Below are positions 46,257-58,500 of a stretch of DNA of 64,000 nucleotides, one piece after another. Both the position numbers and the translations under genes were made by a program. The notes below the pieces were generated by a model. That model saw only the letters and a list, made by a program, of their open reading frames with translations, had not been told where the DNA came from and did no database searches. Source of the stretch: a virus; the IMG/VR virus record IMGVR_UViG_3300032242_000468, positions 32,001-96,000 of that record. The stretch is one strand, 5' to 3'. Within the stretch, counting starts at the first letter, position 1. Each line of letters starts with the position of its first letter.

Positions 46257-48626
46257 ATGCCAGATTTAGAACGTGCTGCCAAGGGCATATATGGTAAAGG
46301 TAACAAGAATTTACCTAGCGCCGGTCCTTGGCTTGGAGTTGTTGTAAACCATCTAGACCCTACATACATGGGTGCACTAGAAGTTAGTCTTTTAAGTTCT
46401 ACTCAACAGAATACAGAGTTTGAAGATCAGACCTTTGTTGTGCAATATTGTTCCCCTTTTATGGGATCAACCTCAGTTTCTTTTGAAGGTAATAATTCTT
46501 CTGATTATAATAGTGTACAAAAAAGTTATGGATTTTGGGCTGTACCGCCAGATCTAGGTGCTACAGTTATGTGTATTTTCTTAAACGGAAATCGCAACGC
46601 AGGATATTGGATAGGGTGTGTTCAAGACAGATATCAAAATCATATGATTCCGGGAATTGCCGCAAGCCAGAACGTGGCAATGACACCTGAAGATGAAAAG
46701 AAATACGGTACAAGATATCTGCCTGTGGCAGAATTTTTAAAAAGTACTAGGAAAGATGATACTGCAAATAGTCAGGATATCAATACACCAAACAAATACA
46801 ACAAGCCAGTTTTTAAACCATTTGCTGATAGATTGTTAGCACAGGGATTGTTATTAGATACTGTACGTGGACCTACTTCCAGTAGTGCTAGACGCGAATT
46901 ACCGTCTGCTGTATTTGGAATTTCTACACCTGGTCCTATTGACGAAAAAAGTGAAAAGAAAGAGATACCTTTTACCAGTGTAGCCAATGCGGGCGATTCT
47001 TCTACTTCAGTAAAAATTCCTGTTCATAGGTTAGGAGGAAGTTCATTCGTCATGGATGACGGTGATAAAGATGGGCAAAATGAACTTGTAAGAATTCGCA
47101 CTAGAACAGGCCATCAAATACTTTTACACAATACTCACGATTTAATTTACATTGCAAACAGCAGGGGAACATCCTGGATTGAAATGACCAGTGATGGCAA
47201 AATAGATATCTATGCGGCTGACAGTGTCAGTATTCATACCGAGACCGATTTTAATTTTAGAGCAGATAGAGATATAAATTTTGAAGCAGGCCGAGATATG
47301 AATGTGTCTGTTAAGGGTTCTTATCAGATGGATATTACTAATGATTACACCTTAATTGTTCAAGGGAATGGTAGACTTGCTTTTGAAGGTGATTATGATT
47401 TGACAGTATCTGGAGATTCAAAAAGTACAATTTCGGGAGATGTGCATATTGGTGGTTCTGGATCAATATACCAGACTACATTGGGGGAAACACATATTCG
47501 ATCTTCTTCTAATATATATTATGAAACTGGAGGAAATTATAATCTCATTGCTGGGAAAGATTTTTTCTCAAAGAGCGGTGCAAGTACAAATATTGTAGTT
47601 GGCGCAGATTATAAATTACAGGCTGAAGGTTCTACTAACATTACATCTAGTCATCACATCGAAACTGCTGATACTATTGACATGAACGGTCCCACTGCCG
47701 CAACTCCTGATGCTCCGGCACCGACAGATGCGGCCTATACTGCTTCGGTTCCTTCTGGACTACCTAAATTTTATCTACCTAATAGAAATAAAGATGGCGG
47801 ATGGGGAGATGGACAATTTTATAAGGGAAATGACATAGAATCTATCATGAAACGTGTGCCCACACACGAACCATGGGATCAACATGAAAATAATAATCGC
47901 TCTGAATTTAGTCCCAGTAAAACTGATATCGGAGCGGCGGCACCAACACAAAGAGATAAACAAGGAACAGCCGCTGGATCTAGTCCGGCCGCAACAGATA
48001 ATCCTCCGGATAATTTAAACAGGAAAGAAATGGCAGCCGATTGGGTACAAGATGCTGGATTCTTAAAAGCAGTTAAAGATACTGCTAAGTCTTTAAACTG
48101 CTCCTTTATTGATCTATTATGCTGTATGGCATTTGAAACAGGTCGTACATTTAATCCTGCATTACGCAATAGTATTGGAGCAACAGGATTGATTCAGTTT
48201 ATTAAACCAACAGCAATTGCTCTGGGAACAACAACTGATGCATTAGCCGCAATGACTCGAACTGAACAAATGGATTATGTAAAAACTTATTTCAAGAAAG
48301 GTCCTGTTGCCAAAGTTTCTAATCCTCAGTTAGAAGATTTATATATGCAAATCTTATGGCCTGCGGCAGTTGGAAAACCTTTAGATTATGTTTTATTCAA
48401 AGAGCCTACTAAAGCCTACGAACAAAACAAAGGTTTAGATAGAGAGAAGAAAGGTTATGTAACTAAATCAGATGCCGCAAGTAAAGTAAGAGATCAGTTA
48501 GGTTATATAAGAACACAACTACTAAAAGTACCTAGTGATGCCCAACCTGTTACAGATGGTTCAGGAAATCCTGTAACAGATAGTTCGGGTAATCGTGTAA
48601 CATATGGCGGAAATTCTAATCAGTAA
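46257..48626 (+). CDS. gp5: Baseplate central spike (T4 gp5-like) with C-terminal lytic transglycosylase domain
   Basis: OB-fold (DPTYMGALEV...SYGFWAVPPD), RIRTRTGHQILL, beta-helix repeats, then MAFETGRTFNP...GATGLIQF (SLT/lysozyme-like). Confidence 0.85.
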   Translation: MPDLERAAKGIYGKGNKNLPSAGPWLGVVVNHLDPTYMGALEVSLLSSTQQNTEFEDQTFVVQYCSPFMGSTSVSFEGNNSSDYNSVQKSYGFWAVPPDLGATVMCIFLNGNRNAGYWIGCVQDRYQNHMIPGIAASQNVAMTPEDEKKYGTRYLPVAEFLKSTRKDDTANSQDINTPNKYNKPVFKPFADRLLAQGLLLDTVRGPTSSSARRELPSAVFGISTPGPIDEKSEKKEIPFTSVANAGDSSTSVKIPVHRLGGSSFVMDDGDKDGQNELVRIRTRTGHQILLHNTHDLIYIANSRGTSWIEMTSDGKIDIYAADSVSIHTETDFNFRADRDINFEAGRDMNVSVKGSYQMDITNDYTLIVQGNGRLAFEGDYDLTVSGDSKSTISGDVHIGGSGSIYQTTLGETHIRSSSNIYYETGGNYNLIAGKDFFSKSGASTNIVVGADYKLQAEGSTNITSSHHIETADTIDMNGPTAATPDAPAPTDAAYTASVPSGLPKFYLPNRNKDGGWGDGQFYKGNDIESIMKRVPTHEPWDQHENNNRSEFSPSKTDIGAAAPTQRDKQGTAAGSSPAATDNPPDNLNRKEMAADWVQDAGFLKAVKDTAKSLNCSFIDLLCCMAFETGRTFNPALRNSIGATGLIQFIKPTAIALGTTTDALAAMTRTEQMDYVKTYFKKGPVAKVSNPQLEDLYMQILWPAAVGKPLDYVLFKEPTKAYEQNKGLDREKKGYVTKSDAASKVRDQLGYIRTQLLKVPSDAQPVTDGSGNPVTDSSGNRVTYGGNSNQ

Positions 48627-48629
48627 ATA
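48624..48629 (+). promoter_or_regulatory. Late promoter TAAATA (leaderless-type) overlapping the gp5 stop
   Basis: TAAATA-ACACT-ATG with no SD. Confidence 0.6.
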
Positions 48630-48634
48630 ACACT

Positions 48635-49069
48635 ATGGTACAAAAAAATATTATCCTTCAACCGGCAAACATTAAGTCTCAAACTACTGTAAAATCTAGT
48701 CAATTTTACAAAGGTTTTAGTACTGTTGTCGAAACTGACACTATTCCTAGACAATATGATTTTGATGTAGTAAAACAAGATTTATTAAATCGGCTAAACA
48801 CTCGCAAAGGTGAAAGAGTAATGAATCCTAAGTTTGGAACAATCATATGGGATCTTATCTACGAACCCTTAACTCTTGACGTTAAACAAAAAATTGCCGA
48901 TGATTTAAATTCTATATTAACTAGTGATCCGAGAGTAATTCCTACTCAGATAAACATTGTTGAACAAGATTACGGATTTTTTATTGAATTAACTGTAACC
49001 TATGCAAATACTGATCAGTCCGAGCAGATAAAACTTTCATTTGATCGTAATGCAGGGCTACTAGGTTAA
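48635..49069 (+). CDS. gp25: Baseplate wedge subunit (T4 gp25-like)
   Basis: VKQDLLNRLNTRKGERVMNPKFGT...DPRV motif. Confidence 0.92.
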   Translation: MVQKNIILQPANIKSQTTVKSSQFYKGFSTVVETDTIPRQYDFDVVKQDLLNRLNTRKGERVMNPKFGTIIWDLIYEPLTLDVKQKIADDLNSILTSDPRVIPTQINIVEQDYGFFIELTVTYANTDQSEQIKLSFDRNAGLLG

Positions 49070-49091
49070 AACACCAGGTTTATAACCGTAA

Positions 49092-49097
49092 TAAATA
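49092..49097 (+). promoter_or_regulatory. Late promoter TAAATA upstream of gp6
   Basis: In the 51-bp gap; enclosed by an ACCGT/ACGGT inverted repeat. Confidence 0.55.
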
Positions 49098-49120
49098 CCT
49101 TATACACGGTACTTGCTTAT

Positions 49121-52100
49121 ATGATTCCATCAACAAATTCAAAACTTTTAGTTGCTGAGGATTGGACAAAGATATACCAATCTTTTAACAATTCTGATTT
49201 TAAGTCTTATGATTTCGAAACTCTAAGACGCACAATGATTCAGTATCTTCGCGAAAATTATCCCGAAGATTTCAATGACTATATTGATTCTAGTGAATAT
49301 GTTGCTCTGATAGATTTAATTGCTTACTTAGGACAGAATCTAAGTTTTCGAGTTGACCTAAATGCTCGAGAAAACTTTTTAGAAACTGCACAAAGACGTG
49401 ATAGTATTCTTCGTCTAGCACAGTTAATTAATTATAATCCATCTCGATCAGTTCCGGCTAGTGGACTATTAAAAATTACCAGCATCAGCACCACTGATAA
49501 TGTATTTGATTCTGCAGGTATCAATCTTGCTAATACTTCTATTTCTTGGAATGATTCTACAAATGTTAATTGGTACAGTCAGTTTTTATCAGTTTTAAAT
49601 TCTGCAATGCCCGCCAACAGTACATTTGGGAAACCTTACGATAAATCACTAATTGCAGGAATTCCTACCGAGCGTTATCAAATTTCAAGTGCATTAAACG
49701 ATGTTCCTATTTTTGGATTTTCAAAATCCATAAATGGTATTCCTACAAGTTTTGAAGTTGTAGGTGCAACCTTTGCAAATAAGAACTACATTTACGAATC
49801 TACTCCTATTCCTAATGCCAATTTTGATTTTTTGTTTAGAAACGATACACGTGGAAATTCAAGTCCTAACACTGGCTTTTTTGCTTTCTTCAAACAAGGC
49901 TCTTTATCTTCTAATCAGTTTGCCGTTGATGTTCCTGTACAAAATGAAATAGTTGGAGTTAATGTTACAAACATAAACGAATCAGATGTGTGGCTATGGC
50001 AATTGGATTCTAATGGAAACTACAATACACTATGGACAAAAGTTGATGCAATAACCGGTAATAATGTTATCTATAATAATGTATCTAACAGCGAAAGAAA
50101 TATCTATGCGGTTAGTACTAGAATACAGGATCAAATTGATTTAAATTTTGCTGATGGTGCATTTGGTAACTTACCAAAAGGAAATTTTGTTTTATACTAC
50201 AGACAGAGCAACGGATTATCTTATGCAATTTCTCCTGATCAAATTAACGGTATTCAGATAAAATTACCGTACTATAATAAATCAGGACAAAAAAATATCC
50301 TGTCTCTAACTCTTTCTTTACAATACACAGTTGATAATGCGGCCGGTTCAGAAACAGATGCTAATATTAAATTAAAAGCACCCCAGGCATACTATACACA
50401 AAATCGTATGGTTACTGCTGAAGACTATAATATCAGTCCATTAACAGCAGGCACAGACATTTTAAAAGTTAAAAGTGTAAACAGAATATCTAGTGGCATT
50501 TCTAAATACTACGAGTTAAATGATATTAGTGGAAAATATAGTTCTGTAAATATTTTTGCTAATGATGGTACAATATATAAAAATAATATTATTCAACAGT
50601 TTAATTTTACATTTAATGGACGAAACGACATTTATGCTATTCTTGTCAACAAAATTGCACCTATTCTTCAGTCTAATGATCTTAAGCATTTTTACTATGA
50701 TCAATATCGTAGATCATCTAATTATAGCAGTTTAATAGGCGGATCAAAAATTATTCCAACAAATGTTTCTTGGAAAATGTTAACTTCGACAACCAATCAA
50801 ACTACAGGATATTTTCAAAATACACTAACTTCTACTCCGTTGCCTACAGGTTATTTTAGTTCAATTGAATTGAAATATGCTATAACTGGTGCTTTAATTA
50901 AATTTACTCCACCGGCTGGGAAGTTTTTTTTACCTAATGGAAAACTTACTTCTTTATATGATAATACCACAAGGGATTATTTTTGGTCATCTCTTGTTCT
51001 TACAATAGGCGACGGCTATAATAGTGGTATTGGCACGTTAACAGACGGAACTGGTCCTATAACATTGACTAATTATGTTGCTAGCGGTGCTGTTGTATCT
51101 GAAATTATCCCTCCAATAGTTACATCTCTTACCCCTGCACTACAGTCAGAAATTCTAAATCTGTGCGTAGGCTATAGGAATTTTGGTCTGAGATTTTCTA
51201 GAGATGATAATTCTTGGTATGTTATTAATGATACTGATCTTAATGTGAATAGTCCTTTTAGTCTAATCTATCAAGGAGACACAACAAATACCAATAGGGA
51301 TGCCAGTTGGATATTTTCTTTTATGTGGACCGGTATTGACTATGAAGTGAAATATAGATATGTAGAATATTTGTTTGAAAGCGTACAAGAAACCTCGTTT
51401 AATTACGATAATACAGCAAAAAAATATGATTTTGTATCTAACACAATTATTAAAGATATAATAACTGTATTAAAAATTAACGATAAAGGAATATCTCCAT
51501 ATAGTTTAGGAGTAGATTACTTATGGCAGTTAGATAATAATATCATTGAAGCCGATGGTTATATTGAACCTAAGAAGGTTAAAATATCTTTTTACGATTC
51601 TCAAGATGACGGCAAGATAGATGACCCTGATAGTTTTGACCTTATTGTTCAGCCTGATAGCATAAATGCTCAAACAAACTACAATTATCAGTTTGTTTAT
51701 TTTCAATCAAGTTCCGATGGTTTACGATATTCAATAGTAGATCCTTCTATGTTTATTGCATATCCCAACGAAACATCGATTCCTTCTTTACTATTACGTG
51801 AAGGACAACTATATTATCTTTACGATTCTGCAGTAAATGTTGTTGTTCGGTATTCTAAATTTACACCAACTCCATTTACTCTGCAACCTCAATACTTTGC
51901 TAAAATAGGACGTAGAGATCTTAAATTCCATTATCAACATAATAGTGCAGACGACAGGAGATTAGACCCTAGTAAAACTAATCTAATTGATATCTATATG
52001 TTGACAGGATCTTATGATACTGTATATAGATCTTGGTTGGCATCAGGTACTGGTTCGGAACCAATGCCGCCCACTAGTTCTTCATTAGAAGAAAATTATA

Positions 52101-52561
52101 GTTTGGTTCTTGAACCTATTAAATCTATTAGCGATCAATTGATTTATCAGTCAGTAAAGTATAAACCCTTATTTGGCCCACAAGCACCTTTAAATCTACA
52201 GGCAGTATTTAGAGTGGTAAAAAATAATTCGTTAAGTATTTCAGATAACGATATAAAAATAAAAGTTATAAGAGGCATAACTGATTTCTTTAAATTAGAT
52301 AATTGGGATTTTGGCCAGACTTTTTATTTTAGTGAATTATCTACATATATCATGAATTTGTTAACCCCTTATATTACTAATTTTATTATTGTGCCAAAAT
52401 CAGATATACCATTCGGCAGTCTTTACGAAATTGCCTGTCAGACAAATGAGATATTTGTTAGTTGTGCAACTGTTAATGATATTGAAATAATAGAAGCCAT
52501 AACAGCATCACAAATCAAGACAACAGCAACAATAGTAACCAGTTCTGTAGGAGTGTATTAA
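49121..52561 (+). CDS. gp6: Baseplate wedge protein (T4 gp6-like, enlarged, 1146 aa)
   Basis: YDFETLR, LIDLIAY, ENFLETAQRRDSILRLA, FADGAFGNLP and TQNRMVTAEDY motifs. Confidence 0.88.
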   Translation: MIPSTNSKLLVAEDWTKIYQSFNNSDFKSYDFETLRRTMIQYLRENYPEDFNDYIDSSEYVALIDLIAYLGQNLSFRVDLNARENFLETAQRRDSILRLAQLINYNPSRSVPASGLLKITSISTTDNVFDSAGINLANTSISWNDSTNVNWYSQFLSVLNSAMPANSTFGKPYDKSLIAGIPTERYQISSALNDVPIFGFSKSINGIPTSFEVVGATFANKNYIYESTPIPNANFDFLFRNDTRGNSSPNTGFFAFFKQGSLSSNQFAVDVPVQNEIVGVNVTNINESDVWLWQLDSNGNYNTLWTKVDAITGNNVIYNNVSNSERNIYAVSTRIQDQIDLNFADGAFGNLPKGNFVLYYRQSNGLSYAISPDQINGIQIKLPYYNKSGQKNILSLTLSLQYTVDNAAGSETDANIKLKAPQAYYTQNRMVTAEDYNISPLTAGTDILKVKSVNRISSGISKYYELNDISGKYSSVNIFANDGTIYKNNIIQQFNFTFNGRNDIYAILVNKIAPILQSNDLKHFYYDQYRRSSNYSSLIGGSKIIPTNVSWKMLTSTTNQTTGYFQNTLTSTPLPTGYFSSIELKYAITGALIKFTPPAGKFFLPNGKLTSLYDNTTRDYFWSSLVLTIGDGYNSGIGTLTDGTGPITLTNYVASGAVVSEIIPPIVTSLTPALQSEILNLCVGYRNFGLRFSRDDNSWYVINDTDLNVNSPFSLIYQGDTTNTNRDASWIFSFMWTGIDYEVKYRYVEYLFESVQETSFNYDNTAKKYDFVSNTIIKDIITVLKINDKGISPYSLGVDYLWQLDNNIIEADGYIEPKKVKISFYDSQDDGKIDDPDSFDLIVQPDSINAQTNYNYQFVYFQSSSDGLRYSIVDPSMFIAYPNETSIPSLLLREGQLYYLYDSAVNVVVRYSKFTPTPFTLQPQYFAKIGRRDLKFHYQHNSADDRRLDPSKTNLIDIYMLTGSYDTVYRSWLASGTGSEPMPPTSSSLEENYSLVLEPIKSISDQLIYQSVKYKPLFGPQAPLNLQAVFRVVKNNSLSISDNDIKIKVIRGITDFFKLDNWDFGQTFYFSELSTYIMNLLTPYITNFIIVPKSDIPFGSLYEIACQTNEIFVSCATVNDIEIIEAITASQIKTTATIVTSSVGVY

Positions 52562-55500
52562 TGCCCGCTAATGTTTCAAAGGTATCATATTTAGGAAGTA
52601 CTTCAACAAATAGAAGAACTATTGATTTATTACCTACTATTTTTAAAACAGATAGAAATGCCAAATTCCTAGCAGGCACAATTGATCAATACTTAGAACC
52701 GGCTAAAGTTGAAAGAGTTAATGGATGGGTAGGGACTAAAAATACTCCTACATATAATCCATCTACTGACAATTATATTCCTACCAATTCACCTTTAAGA
52801 TCTGCATATCAGGTTGAGCCTGCTCTCATTGTAAATGATGCTAATTTAAAGCCCCAAGAAACATTGGCTTATGACGACTTAATTAATCAATTAAAATTTA
52901 ACGGTGCTAATGTTTCAAATTTAGGTAAACTTTTTAATCCTGAATTTTATTCTTATAATCCAAATATAAATTGGGACAAATTAGTTAACTTTGAAAAATA
53001 TTATTGGATGCCTTACGGCCCTGATGTTGTAACGGTCACTGGTCAATTAAAAAATACTATTAGCAGTTATACGGTTAGTGATGCTAACGGTAATTTTTTG
53101 TTTACTCCTGATGGTTTAACTGAAGCACCCCAGTTAACACTTTATAGAGGTGTTACTTATATTTTTAACATTAGAAGTACAAAAAAATTCTGGATTAAAA
53201 CACAACGTGTTGCAGGTACTGATTCGCCTTTCCGTGTTATAACAACTAACGGAATTTCACATGGTCAAATTATTTTCACTGTAGACGAAAACACACCTAA
53301 AAAATTATTTTATGTTGCCGAAGACAATGTGTTAAATGGCGGCGAGATCGTTATTGAGTCTATAGAAGATAATAGCAATTTAAATGTTGTAAATGATATT
53401 ATTGGTAAATCAACCTTTACATCAGGAAACGGAGTTATATTTTCTAATGGTATGCGTGTTTCTTTTGCCGGAAATATTACCCCTGCAGAATATCAAACTG
53501 GTGAGTATTTTGTTGAAGGTGTGGGATCTGAAATTAAATTAATAAATGCGGCATCTCTAGAAGTTCCCGAACAATTTATCAGCAATTTAGATGATAATTT
53601 TGACGGTGCTCCGTTTGACGATTATCCTTTTGATACTTTTATTAATGCTCCATTAACTCCGGAATATGTTACTATTGATCGATCAAGCATTGATAGAAAT
53701 CCCTGGACTAGATACAATAGATGGTTTCACGAAGATGTAATTATTTCTTCTGCAACATATAATAACAGAACTCCGGTATTGCCAGTAGAGTTGAGAGCAA
53801 AGAGACCTATTGTAGAATTTCTTCCTAATTTACAATTATTTAATTTTGGTTCTTTAGCAGTTGAAAATGTGCAACATCTTGATAGTACTACAACTGATGT
53901 CTTTAATTCTATAGAAGGATCGGAAGGTTTTTATGTAGATGGAGTGGAACTGGCCAACGGTGATAGAATCATTTTTACAGCAAACACTGACAACTATGTT
54001 AATCGACGAGTTTGGATTGTTAATTTTGTACAGGTAGATGGTAAATTAAAAATTGCATTAGTTGAAGATACAGAACTTTCTATAGGTACTAATGTTGTTA
54101 TTACTCAAGGAGCTAAACACAAGGGGTCTAGTTGGTGGTTTGATGGAATACAATGGGTATATGCTCAACAAAAGATTGTGTTAAATCAAGCACCTAGATT
54201 TGATGTATTTGATAGCGAAGGTTACGGATTAAGTGACACAGCAAAATATCAAAGTAATTTTACAGGAACAAAAATATTTGGGTACGGAATTGGTACCGGC
54301 GTTAGTGATAGTATTTTAGGTTTTCCTTTAAAGTATCAAAGTGTTGCTGATCAAGCATTTTATCTATTTGAAAATTATTTTACTCAAGATCAAATCACAG
54401 TTGTTAATGGGAATCAAACTTCTTATATTTCGTTATCTACAAATTATTTGAAGAAAAATAGTGCAACAGGATATAGTTATATAAACATATGGGAAGAATC
54501 TCAATCATATACAACTCCTATATTACAATCAGTAGTTCCTACTTCTCCTGCAACTGTTTTAGAAATAACATGTGTTGATTTTCCGGCTTATCAAAGCCTA
54601 ACACTAGAAGTATATCGTAATAATATTAAACTTTTTGAAAATATTGATTATACTAGATATGTAGATACCTCTAGATTGTTTGTACTGTTTACAAAATCTA
54701 TTCAAACTACTGATCATATTTTATTCAAAGTTTATGGAAATGCTGTTCCTAATAGCAACGGGTTTTATGAAATATCTCCTGGATGGCTAAACAATCCAAT
54801 GAATGGTGATATTCAAGAATTTACACTATCTGAACTAACTGACCATTTTAAATCAATGGCAGATCGTAATCCTAAATTTACAGGAAATTATCTAGGATCT
54901 AATAACAGTAGAGATCTAATTAATTTTGCCTCTTATGGTACTCGTCTTATAAAAAATAAAAATCCATTAGCATTTGCAGGATATTTTATTACTGACCAAA
55001 CACACAATGTTATATCTGCTGTCACTACTGTAGAACGTCACTATAATCAATTCAAATTAGGATTTATATCACAAGCAACTGCTTTAAAAGGAATCTATAA
55101 ACCCTCTAAGGCTGTTGATATAATTCTTCATAATATGAATTTGGCTAAGAATCCGTCGTCCCAATATTATCATTCAGATATGTTGGCTTACGGGCCTGAT
55201 GTAATTTCGAATACTATTACAGTTACAGATTCTCGTAACACTATGTACGGATTGAATTCTACATATGTTTCCGGAGTTAATAATCCTAGATCAGTTATTG
55301 TTTACCATGTTCCGGCATCAACTGGACTAGAATATCAATTATTTTACGGGCATGATTATATATTTGATCAGTACGACCCAACAGTTGTAATTACAAAACC
55401 GTTGGTCAAGGGAGATAAAATAATTATTTGCGACTATCCTAGTACTGATGGTAGTTTTATTCCTCCTACACCTACTAAATTAGGTCTATATCCTAAATTT

Positions 55501-58500
55501 ACTCCTGCAATTTATTATGATGATTCGTATTCAGGAGATCCTAAACTAGTAATTAGAGGTCACGACGGCAGTATCTCTTTAGCATTTAATGATTATCGAG
55601 ATCAGATAATATTAGAGTTAGAAACTAGAATTTACAATAATATTAAAGTTAATTATAATCCAGAACTTATAAACATTCACTCTGTAACTCCTGGGCGTTT
55701 TAGAACAACTAAAATAGTAAAGACTACAGTTAATAATATTTTAAGAAGTCAATTCTTAAAATGGAATAATTTTTATGGATTTGATTATGAGTTAAATGAC
55801 ACTTATTCTGATGATCCTAAAACATGGAATTTTATAACAGCAAATGACCCTGCAACTAAAATACCGCTGTATGGAAACCATAGAGGAATTTATTCTTATT
55901 ATTTTGATACAACTACTCCCCATCTAACTCCGTGGGAAATGTTAGGATTTAGTGAAATGCCTGCATGGTGGATTGATACCTACGGCCCTGCTCCATATAC
56001 CAGCGGAAATTTAATTCTATGGGATGACCTTGAAAAGGGTTACGTCAGAGATCCTATGAATTCTCGTATAAATCCTTTATACGTAAGAACAGGGTTATCT
56101 AAAATTATTCCAGTAGATGAATACGGCAATTTGTTAGATCCTGCTGCCTCTAACATAGCACAAAATGTAAATCCTAATTCAATTAATTTAAATTGGAAAT
56201 TTGGTGATCAAGGACCTGTTGAAACAGCATGGCGTAGAAGTAGTCACTATCCATTTAGTATTCAAATATTAATGGCTTTAAGTAATCCTGCCAATTATGC
56301 TAGTTTGATGTTTGATACCAGTAGAATAAGTATAAATCCTGCATCACAGTATGTTTATAGTGAAACTAATAATTTTTTAAAATTATCTGATCTAGTAATC
56401 TATGGTGATACTATTAATGGTTCTATTGTAAGAGCAACAGGTTATTCTGCTATGCTTGTAGAAACAGGAAAAATTAAAAGTCTAACTTATATTGCTGACT
56501 TAAAAACTTATCTATCTAATATGACAATGCAATTGTTGACCAAGGTAGGTGGATTTGTCAGCAAAGATAAATTAGAAATAATAATTGATTCTATTAATCC
56601 GGCCAGTGTTAATCCTGGAGTTGCATTAAGTAACGAAGACTATCAAATTTTCTTAAATCAAAGTAGTGTTGTAGATAGTATAGGTGTATCTGGAATTATA
56701 ATACAAAAAACAGATACGGGATATATTTTACGAGGGTACGATAATACTGAACCTTATTTTACATCTTTTACTCCTATACCCGGGGGAGCAATTACTATTG
56801 GCGGGGCAAGTGAACCTTTTGTCAAATGGGCGGCAAGTAGTCCTACTGATTCGGGTCTTACACCCGGAGAACTATCAACAGCAGTAACGGCTAACACAGG
56901 ATACATATTTTATAAAGCAGGACAAGTAGTATATTATAACGGTCGTTATTATAGAGCAAAAGTTGGTCATACCAGCGGTTCTACATTTAATATAAATTAT
57001 TTCCAACCATTACCGGCTCTGCCGCACATAGGCGGTATTTCTGTAAATACTCCTGTTAAATTTGATACAACTCCTGTTGTGACACCTTATGGTGTTACAT
57101 TTTCAACTTACCAAGAAGTTTACGACTTGATTGTAGGTTACGGTTCTTGGTTAGAAAGTCAAGGTGTAATTTTTGACGAATACAATTCTGATCTAAATGA
57201 TATCATGAATTGGAACTACACCGGAAAAGAATTTTTATATTGGGCCAGTCAAGGTTGGTCTTCTAATAGTATAATAACGTTAAGTCCTTTTGCTAATAGT
57301 TTACAGTATCAAAATTCTACAGCAATGGTTGACGATCTAGGAAATACAGCCTATGAATATAGTGTCTTAAAAGCAGATGGGAAACCATTACCGATCCATA
57401 ACCTAAATGCAATAAGACAGGACGGTACAATAAGTGTATCAACTAGAAATACAAATGATGGAATTTATTTTATTAGATTTAATAGTGTTCAAAAAGAACA
57501 TAATCTTATTTTTAATAATACCAGTTTGTTTAACGACATAATTTACAATGTAGAAACTGGATATAGTCAACGTAGATTAAAATTAAATGGTCTTAGAACT
57601 TCTCAATGGGACGGTAGTTTATATAGTCCTGGATTTATCTATGACGAAGCAATGGTTGACAATTGGACTGAATATACAGATTACCATCCCGGCGATGTAG
57701 TTTTGTATTCTGGTAATTATTATTCTGCAATTAAAAAACTAACTGGAGTTAGTTCATTTAATTTTAATGATTGGCAATTATTAGACAAAAAACCTACGGC
57801 CCAATTGTTACCTAATTTTGATTATAAAATTAATCAATTCCAGGATTTCTATAGTCTTGATATTGATAACTTTGATTCCAATCAACAGGCATTAGCCCAG
57901 CACTTAATTGGTTATACACCTAGACCATATCTTGATAATATCTTTGCCAATCCAGTTAGCCAATATAAATTTTATCAAGGATTTATTAGAGAAAAAGGCA
58001 CACGTAATTCAATTACTAAACTAGCAAAGGCTAGTAAACAAACACTTGATAGTTATATAGATTATTATGAAGAGTGGGCATTCAGAGTAGGAGAATTTGG
58101 ATCATTTGATACTGATTATAGTATAGAATTAAATTTGGATGAAACAAAATTTGAACAAAATCCTCAAATAATTGAATTTATTCCAACTGCATTTGCCAGT
58201 TCTGCATTCCAAACTCGTATCTATCAAACCCCGTCAGACCTAATAATTAAACCTAACAATTATAATAGCCGACCTTTTGATACTACATCAACAGTATATT
58301 CTGATGTATTCAAATTACCGTATGCAGGATATGTTAGATTAAATGATGTAACTGCAACAGCCTTTAATAAAGCAACATTAACCAATATATCTAATAGTAG
58401 AGGATTATCTGATGGAGATACTATATGGATAGGATTTACAGAAAATCTTGGCTGGGATGTTTATAGGCATACAAAATTACCAGCAGTTGTTGTTGATGCA

